Positions 57,278 through 64,000 of a stretch of DNA of 64,000 bases are shown in pieces. Origin of the DNA: Candidatus Eiseniibacteriota bacterium (GTDB taxonomy: Bacteria; Eisenbacteria; RBG-16-71-46); assembly GCA_031370785.1 (NCBI GenBank), contig JANMQY010000058.1, positions 1-64,000 of the forward strand, in the 5' to 3' direction. The position numbers were made by a program, and so were the translations under genes. The notes beneath the pieces are model-generated. The model was not told where the DNA came from and did not search any database. It worked only from the letters and a program-made list of their open reading frames with translations. Numbering within the stretch: position 1 is the first letter of the stretch; every line of letters begins with the position of its first letter.

Positions 57278-58701
57278 GTGATGCGACCGTCCTGATCGTG
57301 GACGACGAGGAGTCGATCCGCAATCAGCTCGAGTGGGGGCTCGCGCCGGAATACGAGGTGTTGACCGCGGCCAGTGTCGACGAGGCGCGGCGGCTGCTGC
57401 GCGACGAGCAGCCGAGCGTGGTCACGCTCGACGTCAACCTGAGCCCGCCGGGCGGCCCCTCGCAGGAGGGGCTGCAGCTGCTCGACGAGATCGTGGACCG
57501 CTTCCCGTTCACGAAAGTGATCATGGTCACCGGCAACGACAATCGCGAGACCGCGCTGAACGCGCTGCGTCGTGGCGCGGTGGACTGGTACGCGAAGCCG
57601 ATCCAGCTCGAAGAGCTGAAGGCGATCCTCAAGCGCGCGTTTCACGTGCGCGCCATCGAGCAGGCGCACGATCCCGACGCCCGCGACGGGCGCAAGCGCT
57701 ATCACCGGCTGGTCGGCGAGTCGGATTCCATCCGCAAGGTCTTCACCCTGATCCAGCGCGTCGCTGAGACCGACGCCACCGTGCTGGTGGTCGGGGAGAA
57801 CGGCACCGGTAAGGAGCTGGTGGCGCACGCCATCCATCAGGCGAGCCGGCGCGCGGAGGGGCCGTTCGTGCCCATCCACTGCGGCGCGATCCCCGAGAAC
57901 CTGCTCGAGAGCGAGCTGTTCGGCCACGAGCGGGGCGCCTTTACCGACGCGTATCGCACGCGCGAGGGAAAGTTCGAGATCGCCGAGGGCGGGACCATCT
58001 TCCTCGATGAGATCGGAGAGCTCCCGACCCATCTGCAGGTCAAGCTGCTGCGCTTCCTGCAGGATCACGTGGTCGAGCGTGTCGGCGGTCGCGACGCGCA
58101 GCGCGTGGACGCGCGCGTGGTCGCGGCGACCAATTACGATCTGAAGGTCGCGATGGCCGCGGGGCGATTCCGCGAGGACCTGTACTACCGGTTGAGCGTG
58201 GTCAACATCCTGGTGCCGCCGCTGCGCGATCGGGGAGACGACCTGCGCATGCTGGCCGAATACTTTCTCGAGTTCTACACGCGGCACTACAAGCGCAAGC
58301 TGAAGGGCTTCACCCAGTCGGCGCTGCGCTCGATCCTGAACCACCCGTGGCCCGGGAACGTGCGTGAGCTGGAGAACCGCGTGCAACGCGCGGTGATCCT
58401 TGCGCAGGACGCCTGCCTGCGGCCCGAGGATCTCGAGCTCGCCGAGGATGCCCCCTCGACGCCGCTGCGATCCTTGCAGGTGGCGCGCGACGAGGTGGAG
58501 CGCACGCTGATCAGCGAGGCGCTCACGAGGAACGCGGGGAACATCACGCGTGCCGCGCGCGAGGTCGACGTGAGCCGCCCGACTTTTCACGACCTGCTGC
58601 GCAAGCACGGCATCGACGCCAGCCGCTTCCGGAAACCGGATGGCGCGGGTGCGGCGGATGAGATGGATGATGAGGTCGAGCCCGACCGGGAGGGGGCATG
58701 A
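57274..58701 (+). CDS. prsR: sigma54-dependent response regulator, PrsR-type
   Basis: VVTLD receiver, GENGTGKE, ESELFGHERGAFTDA, FLDEIG, WPGNVRELEN, Fis-type HTH; coupled to prsK. Confidence 0.88.
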   Translation: MSDATVLIVDDEESIRNQLEWGLAPEYEVLTAASVDEARRLLRDEQPSVVTLDVNLSPPGGPSQEGLQLLDEIVDRFPFTKVIMVTGNDNRETALNALRRGAVDWYAKPIQLEELKAILKRAFHVRAIEQAHDPDARDGRKRYHRLVGESDSIRKVFTLIQRVAETDATVLVVGENGTGKELVAHAIHQASRRAEGPFVPIHCGAIPENLLESELFGHERGAFTDAYRTREGKFEIAEGGTIFLDEIGELPTHLQVKLLRFLQDHVVERVGGRDAQRVDARVVAATNYDLKVAMAAGRFREDLYYRLSVVNILVPPLRDRGDDLRMLAEYFLEFYTRHYKRKLKGFTQSALRSILNHPWPGNVRELENRVQRAVILAQDACLRPEDLELAEDAPSTPLRSLQVARDEVERTLISEALTRNAGNITRAAREVDVSRPTFHDLLRKHGIDASRFRKPDGAGAADEMDDEVEPDREGA

Positions 58702-59429
58702 AGCGAAGTGTCGTGCCGTTCGTTCTCGCCGCGTCGCTCGGTCTGGCCCCGCCCGCTCGAGCCGCCATTCCGACCCCGACCGGCACCCTGACCGTGCTGT
58801 CTCGTCCGCCGGGCGCCTCGTTCCAGATCAAGGGCGCCGTCGAGATTTCCGGGCGCACTCCGCTGACGCTGGCGCCGCGGGTAACCGGACGCTACGAGCT
58901 GCGCAGCACGGAGCCGGGCTTCAACACCTGGCGGCGCGTGCTGAACTTCGACGGCGTCTCGCCGGACACGGTGTGGATGACCCTGCGTCATAAGAGCTTG
59001 GCGGGAGCGGGGTTGCGCTCGGCGGTCGTGCCCGGCTGGGGCCAGTTCTACAGCAGCCATCCGGCCTCGGGATCTGCCTTCCTCGGCGCGGCGGCGCTGG
59101 CGGGAGCGGGATTCGGGCTCTCCTGGCTGCGCTACCAGGATCGGCAGGATGGCGTCGAGGAAGCCCGTGCCCGGCTCAACGCCTCGACCACGGCGGCCCA
59201 GGTCAGCGCCGCACGCGCGGCGCTGCAGGCTGCGGTGAACGAGCGCGACGGTGCGCTTCGCCTGCGAAGGATCGCGCAGGGCGTGGTCGGCGGCGTCTAC
59301 GCGATCTCTTTCATCGAGACGCTAGTCCGCTTTCCGACCGTCTCGAAGAAATCGGTCACCGTGAGCATCGCTCCGGCGAGCTTCGAGGCGCATGCTCCGA
59401 TCGTGGCGGCGCTCCGCGTGAGATTCTGA
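58698..59429 (+). CDS. Exported PEGA-like domain protein with SAVVPGWGQFY (DUF5683-like) region
   Basis: Signal peptide; LTVLSRPPGA..GRTPL..GRYEL; SAVVPGWGQFY; ends LRVRF. Confidence 0.7.
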   Translation: MKRSVVPFVLAASLGLAPPARAAIPTPTGTLTVLSRPPGASFQIKGAVEISGRTPLTLAPRVTGRYELRSTEPGFNTWRRVLNFDGVSPDTVWMTLRHKSLAGAGLRSAVVPGWGQFYSSHPASGSAFLGAAALAGAGFGLSWLRYQDRQDGVEEARARLNASTTAAQVSAARAALQAAVNERDGALRLRRIAQGVVGGVYAISFIETLVRFPTVSKKSVTVSIAPASFEAHAPIVAALRVRF

Positions 59430-59477
59430 TCGCATATACGGTGGGAAGTCCGGAATCATCGGAGAAGCGCGACGCTC

Positions 59478-59519
59478 AAAAAACGTTCACCCCGTCCGGC
59501 AATGCCGAGGCGGGGTGAA
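59478..59519 (-). terminator. Intrinsic terminator on the minus strand
   Basis: Minus strand TTCACCCCGCC-TCGGC-ATT-GCCG-GACGGGGTGAA-CG-TTTTTT. Confidence 0.8.
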
Positions 59520-59598
59520 GAAAATGGGGGGCATCATTCTCAGAATCGCGGGCCGCACGCGAGTATCCTCGAACTATCCCCCCAACTTCGAACGCACG
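59478..59598 (-). ncRNA. Candidate ~120-nt small RNA of unknown family
   Basis: Lies between an ECF-type promoter and an intrinsic terminator, both on the strand opposite the flanking genes; long 5' hairpin. Confidence 0.55.
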
Positions 59599-59603
59599 AT
59601 ATA

Positions 59604-59631
59604 CAGACGCCCAAGACGCACGGAAGGTTCC
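59604..59631 (-). promoter_or_regulatory. Putative ECF-sigma promoter
   Basis: GGAACC-N16-CGTCTG, preceded by an A-tract (UP-like). Confidence 0.55.
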
Positions 59632-59753
59632 GATTTTTTCTGCGCGGCAAGTATCAGCGCGGGCCTCGAGCGAAATTCGCGACCAGATGTTCGGGAGCCG
59701 TCAACTGACTCGCGCGTTGTGACAACTCTCGGACACACGGCAAGGACCTGACA

Positions 59754-60407
59754 TTGAATCAGGGCTACTTCCTCGCGATCGCGGGCAACATCGGAGTCGG
59801 CAAGACCGAACTCACCGACCGGCTGAGCGCCGAGCTCGGCTGGATCGCGTACTACGAACCGGTGATTCAGAATCCGTACCTGGATCCCTTCTACGCCGAC
59901 ATGACGCGGTGGAGCTTCCACCTGCAGATCTACTTCCTGAGCGAGCGCTTCAAGGCGCAGGTCGAGATCGGCAAGAGCGCGCAGCCGTTCATCCAGGACC
60001 GCACCATCTACGAGGACGCCGAGATCTTCGCGCGCGTGCTGCGCGAGCAGGGCTCGATGACCGACGTGGACTACCAGAACTACACTTCACTGTTCGAGAT
60101 CCTGGTCTCGTACCTGCGCAAGCCCGACCTGATCATCTACCTGAAGGCCAGCCCCGAGGCGCTGATGGAGCGGATCGCCAAACGCGGCCGGGAGAGCGAG
60201 AAGGGGATCGGGATCGACTACATCTCGCGACTCAATCGCGCCTACGACTCGTGGATGAAGCGCGCGAGCGGGGAGCTCGAAGTGCTGGAGATCGACACCG
60301 ACCGCGTGCCGCTCCAGGGCGACGCGCCCGCGTTTCGCAAGCTGGTGGACGATCTCAAGCGCCGCTACCCACGCCAGTCCGAGCTCAAGCTGGAAAGCGG
60401 ACGCTAG
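59754..60407 (+). CDS. Deoxynucleoside kinase
   Basis: GNIGVGKT, YEP..NPYL.FY, QIYFL, QDRTIYED, RIAKRGR; AAGGA SD before TTG. Confidence 0.93.
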   Translation: MNQGYFLAIAGNIGVGKTELTDRLSAELGWIAYYEPVIQNPYLDPFYADMTRWSFHLQIYFLSERFKAQVEIGKSAQPFIQDRTIYEDAEIFARVLREQGSMTDVDYQNYTSLFEILVSYLRKPDLIIYLKASPEALMERIAKRGRESEKGIGIDYISRLNRAYDSWMKRASGELEVLEIDTDRVPLQGDAPAFRKLVDDLKRRYPRQSELKLESGR

Positions 60408-60486
60408 CGACAAGCGCATCACCGAAGTCGACGCGAGGCCGAAGTCGGTGCGTCACCGAAGCCCGCGCCCTGGCTGGAAGGGTGAT

Positions 60487-63321
60487 TCAGCTTCGTGTGG
60501 CGCGAGCGGCCGCCTCGAGCACTCCCGTACAGCGCGCACAGAGTCCCGCCGTCGGGCCATCGGGCGCGACGTCGCGGCGATGCGTCCAGCAGCGCTCGCA
60601 GCGCGCGTAGGCGGTCTTCGTCACCGCGACTTCGATCTCCTGGCCCTCGCGCCCCTCGCGCACGCGAGCTTCGGCGACGATCAGGAATCCCGCCAGTTCG
60701 CCGAGGTAGGGCGCGAGCCGGTGCGCCAGAGTCGGCGGGACGGTCACCGTGACTTCCGCTTCCGGCGTCCCCGCGAGCGCCTTCGTGGCGCGAAGCGGCT
60801 CGATCGCGGCGTTGACCGCGTCGCGCACCGAGTGCAGGAGCGCCCACTCCTCCGCCGCGCCGGGATCTGCTTTGCGCTCCGGCCAGAGCGCGAGGTGCAC
60901 GCTCTCGCATTCTGCGGTGAGGCCCGGATGGAACTGCCACACCTCATCGCACGTGAAGACAAGCGCGGGTGAGGCCGCGATCACCAGGTCGTGCAGCGCC
61001 TGCCACAGCACGGTCTGCGCCGAGCGCCGAAGCGGATCGTCGGGGGCAAGGGTGTAGAGCCGGTCCTTGGCCACATCGAGGAACACCGAGGACAGGTCCA
61101 CGGTGCAGATGTCGAGCAGCGCGTCGAGCACGCGATGGAACAGCAGTGCTTCGGTGTCCCGCTTCATGAGGTTGACGCGCTCCGCCAGATGCGAGGCGAA
61201 CACCCGATCCACCGCAGTCAGCTGGTCTCGCGGCAGCGCGTCGGCGGCACTGAATCCCTCGAGATTCCCGAGCAGGAAGCGGAACGTGTTCCGCACCTTC
61301 CGGTAGGCATCGGACACGCGCTGCAGGATTTCGTCCCCGATCCGCACGTCGGTGCGCCAGTCGGCGGCCAGCGCCCACCAGCGCACGATCTCGGCACCGC
61401 TGCGCTTGATGATTTCCTCGGGGTTCGTCACGTTGCCCAGCGACTTGTGCATGGCGCGGCCCTGCGCATCCAGCACCCAGCCGTGGGTGAGCACGTCGGT
61501 GTAAGGCGCCCGATCGTCGGCGCCGATCCCGATCATGAGCGAGGAGTTGAACCAGCCGCGATGCTGGTCCGGTCCCTCGAAGTACGCGATGCGGCCGCCG
61601 CTCGCGCGCGCGCGCTCCCACACTTCGCGAAGCGCGGGATGGGTTTCCTTCACCGCCCGATGGGTCGAGCCCGAGTCGAACCACACATCGAGGATGTCGG
61701 TCTCCCGGCGGAACGGCCCGTTCGCACCGCAGGCGCCGCAGCGGAAACCCTCCGGAAGGAACGATGCGACGTCGCCCTCGTACCACGCGTCCGAGCCGTG
61801 CTCGCGAATGAGCGCGGCGGCCTTTCGCATGACCCCGGGGTCGAGCGTGGCCTCTTCGCAGGACTCGCAGTACACCGCCGGGATCCCGACGCCCCACGCG
61901 CGCTGGCGCGAGATACACCAGTCGGGACGCAGCCTCACGGACTCGCGGATGCGGTTGAGCGAATTGGCCGGATCCCAGCGCACGTCCTTCTGGATTGCCT
62001 GGAGCGCTCGCTCGCGATGGCTCATCGCCGGTTCGCCCGGGCGCAATGCTGCGGGAGCATGGTCGATGATCATGAACCACTGCTTGGTGGCGCGGAAGAT
62101 CACCGGCTGGCGGCAGCGCCAGCAATGCGGATAGGAGTGCATGATCGTGCCTGAGGCGACCCGTCGCCCTCGCTCGCCGAGCCAGGCGACGATGTCCGGA
62201 TTGACCTCGAGCACGCTGCGTCCGACGAACGGCTCGGCGCCCGCGGTGAAGCGGCCCGCCTCGTCGACCGGGCAGAGCACGCCGAGCGAGTTGCGCATGC
62301 CCACCGCGAAGTCCTCCTTGCCATGCCCGGGCGCGGTGTGCACCAGCCCGGTGCCATCCTCCATGCTGACGAACGGCGTGCCGTCGACCACGCGCGAGTC
62401 GCCACCCCACGGGCCCTCGAACACGAGGCCAACGAGGGCGCGGCCCGGCAAGGTGCCCTCGACCGTGTGCTGCTTCCAGCCAGCCGCTTCCGCGACCGCC
62501 GCGACCCGCGGTTTCGCGATGATCCATCGGCTCTCGCCCACGCGCACTACCGCATACTCGGCCGCAGGGTCCACCATCAGTCCGAGGTTCGCGGGCAGCG
62601 TCCACGGCGTCGTGGTCCAGGCCAGAGCGGCGGTACCGGGCCACGCGAGAAGCACTCCCGAAGGGTCGGAGCGGAGCGGGAAGGAAACGTAGATCGAGGC
62701 CGAGGAGTCGTCCTGATACTCGATCTCCGCCTCGGCGAGCGCGGTCTTGTCGGTCGGGCACCAGTGGATCGAACGCAGGCCGCGCTGGATGTAGCCGCGC
62801 CCGGCCAGCGTCGCCAGGGTGTCCACGATCGCGGCTTCGAAATGCGAGTCCATGGTGAGGTAGGGGTGTTCCCACTCGCCCCACACGCCGAGCCGCTCGA
62901 ACTCGCGGCGCTGGATCTCGACCCACTCGGCCGCATAGCTGCGGCAGCGGCGGCGCAGCTCGAGCCGGTCGGGTGTCAGCTTCTTCTCGCGAAATTCCTT
63001 GCCGACCTGGATTTCGATCGGCATGCCGTGGTTGTCCCACCCCGGAACGTAGGGCGCGTCGCAACCGAGCAAGGAGGCGCTGCGGATCGCCGCGTCCTTC
63101 CAGATCTTGTTGGCCGCGGTGCCCATGTGCAGGTGACCGTTCGAGTAGGGGGGGCCGTCGTGCAGCAGCCACACTCGGGATCCGGCGCGTGCGGCGCGAA
63201 GTTTCGAGTAGAGCTCGCGTTCCTTCCACCATGCCAGCCGCTCCGGCTCGCGCCGCGTGAGATCGGCCTTCATGGGAAAGTCGGTCTTCGGCAGATTGAG
63301 CGTGTCGCGATAGCCCGCCAT
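60487..63321 (-). CDS. ileS: Isoleucine-tRNA ligase, type 1
   Basis: TLNLPKTDFPM, HDGPPY, PGWDNHG, WTTTPWT, GTGLVH, DWCISRQR, C-terminal CERC..CARC zinc finger; GGGAGG SD before ATG 63321. Confidence 0.97.
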   Translation of the reverse strand: MAGYRDTLNLPKTDFPMKADLTRREPERLAWWKERELYSKLRAARAGSRVWLLHDGPPYSNGHLHMGTAANKIWKDAAIRSASLLGCDAPYVPGWDNHGMPIEIQVGKEFREKKLTPDRLELRRRCRSYAAEWVEIQRREFERLGVWGEWEHPYLTMDSHFEAAIVDTLATLAGRGYIQRGLRSIHWCPTDKTALAEAEIEYQDDSSASIYVSFPLRSDPSGVLLAWPGTAALAWTTTPWTLPANLGLMVDPAAEYAVVRVGESRWIIAKPRVAAVAEAAGWKQHTVEGTLPGRALVGLVFEGPWGGDSRVVDGTPFVSMEDGTGLVHTAPGHGKEDFAVGMRNSLGVLCPVDEAGRFTAGAEPFVGRSVLEVNPDIVAWLGERGRRVASGTIMHSYPHCWRCRQPVIFRATKQWFMIIDHAPAALRPGEPAMSHRERALQAIQKDVRWDPANSLNRIRESVRLRPDWCISRQRAWGVGIPAVYCESCEEATLDPGVMRKAAALIREHGSDAWYEGDVASFLPEGFRCGACGANGPFRRETDILDVWFDSGSTHRAVKETHPALREVWERARASGGRIAYFEGPDQHRGWFNSSLMIGIGADDRAPYTDVLTHGWVLDAQGRAMHKSLGNVTNPEEIIKRSGAEIVRWWALAADWRTDVRIGDEILQRVSDAYRKVRNTFRFLLGNLEGFSAADALPRDQLTAVDRVFASHLAERVNLMKRDTEALLFHRVLDALLDICTVDLSSVFLDVAKDRLYTLAPDDPLRRSAQTVLWQALHDLVIAASPALVFTCDEVWQFHPGLTAECESVHLALWPERKADPGAAEEWALLHSVRDAVNAAIEPLRATKALAGTPEAEVTVTVPPTLAHRLAPYLGELAGFLIVAEARVREGREGQEIEVAVTKTAYARCERCWTHRRDVAPDGPTAGLCARCTGVLEAAARATRS

Positions 63322-63347
63322 CTCGTCCTCCCGGACCTCGAGGTCCG

Positions 63348-63383
63348 AAAACAGAAACGCCCCAACGGAATTCCGTTGGGGCG
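63348..63383 (-). terminator. T-box attenuator terminator
   Basis: Perfect 26-bp palindrome CGCCCCAACGGAATTCCGTTGGGGCG followed by TTTCTGTTTT. Confidence 0.92.
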
Positions 63384-63623
63384 ACGAAGTCGCGGTACCA
63401 CCCAACTTCGCTCGCGCCTCGCGGCGCCAAGCCTCTACGAGCGCGATCGCGCTCTGCTCCACTTTCGTGGGAGCCTTCGTCCGGCTCTACTCGGCCTTCG
63501 CGGCGCGAAGCCTTTCCGCCGGCAGCTCGGGGGTGATCTTCGGCGCGTGCCCTGGCGCCGGGCTCTCACCGCCCCCGGCTCGCTCCTGCCCGCTCCCGCG
63601 CCTACTCGTCCCCGTCACAGCCC
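63348..63623 (-). ncRNA. T-box riboswitch (Ile, specifier AUC)
   Basis: Stem I with GAGTA, AGCGAG and GGTGAGA motifs, GAAG-ATC-AC specifier (63535-63537), stem II AGTA, T-box AAGTTGGGTGGTACCGCG (63391-63408), terminator. Confidence 0.93.
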
Positions 63624-63637
63624 TGGACAGCGGGAGC

Positions 63638-63683
63638 AAAGTGTCACGGGCTCCCTGCGGCGTCAAGCCGGGAGCCCGTGACA
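63638..63683 (-). promoter_or_regulatory. 14-bp hairpin (probable terminator of the upstream gene) overlapping the probable ileS promoter
   Basis: TGTCACGGGCTCCC/GGGAGCCCGTGACA arms; TTGACG-N17-CACTTT with TGn lies within and just after it. Confidence 0.5.
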
Positions 63684-63712
63684 TTCTCGAGCGAAAGCGT
63701 GAAAGCAGAGGC

Positions 63713-64000
63713 CTAGAGCGGCGTCTCGATCCACGACAGCGTGGTGAACTGGCTGCCGTAGCGTGAGAGCGCCTGCATGATGGCCTCGGAACTGAAGAGC
63801 AGGGTCGAACCACCGTTCTGCTTCACCTGGGTCGTGCCCTTGACGATGATGCCGCCCAGAACCCACGCCTGGCCGTTCATCTTGAGGTCACCTTCGACGT
63901 AGAGCAGGCCCCTGTAGACGAAGCCGGAGTTGATGGTGAGATCCCCGCCCACGTAGGTCATGCCTTCGCCGGTGCCGCCGTGAATGCCGAGGTCGCCGGC
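63713..64000 (-). CDS. 3' end of a hypothetical protein with a beta-solenoid-like tail (resembles PilX-like pilus-associated proteins)
   Basis: Open frame from the window edge; YVGGDLTIN..YRGLLYVEGDLKMNG..VLGGIIVKG repeats; stop at 63713. Confidence 0.55.
   Translation of the reverse strand, partial: AGDLGIHGGTGEGMTYVGGDLTINSGFVYRGLLYVEGDLKMNGQAWVLGGIIVKGTTQVKQNGGSTLLFSSEAIMQALSRYGSQFTTLSWIETPL

Noticed and set aside
60408..60486. Three CCGAAG repeats between convergent dNK and ileS
   Set aside because: Too short and irregular for CRISPR or iterons; likely part of a terminator region

Overview
High-GC (roughly 70% by eye) chromosomal segment of a diderm bacterium. The gene content (gingipain-like C25 protease with FlgD/T9SS-like tail, GWxTD protein, exosortase/PrsK/PrsR) suggests an FCB-group organism such as Ca. 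Eisenbacteria, but this is inference. Layout: (1) 0.5-11.1 kb, minus strand: an RND efflux pair downstream of a metal-handling operon (ArsR/SmtB with a TGAA-N6-TTCA operator, FTR1::DUF2318 fusion, two FtsX/MacB-type permeases, an ABC ATPase fused to a DtxR/MntR metal-binding domain, and a rhodanese::methyltransferase fusion). (2) 11.2-27.1 kb: GWxTD/TPR protein, receiver-only regulator, suhB, UvrD helicase-nuclease, M24 peptidase, family-5 solute-binding protein, a 1581-aa C25 protease, and gltX-tRNA-Gln-tRNA-Glu. (3) 27.1-59.4 kb: a GT-C and SDR pair, a 133-bp REPIN/MITE-like hairpin, then a ~29-kb co-directional Wzx/Wzy polysaccharide + exosortase/EpsI + PrsK/PrsR locus with a sigma54-type promoter and two phosphoglycosyl-transferase fusions (one apparently catalytically dead). 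(4) 59.4-64 kb: a candidate ECF-sigma-driven small RNA, deoxynucleoside kinase, and ileS preceded by a complete Ile T-box riboswitch. No CRISPR array, rRNA, transposase or integrase was seen. The best candidates for undescribed biology are the metal operon with its ATPase::DtxR fusion and the orphan sRNA.
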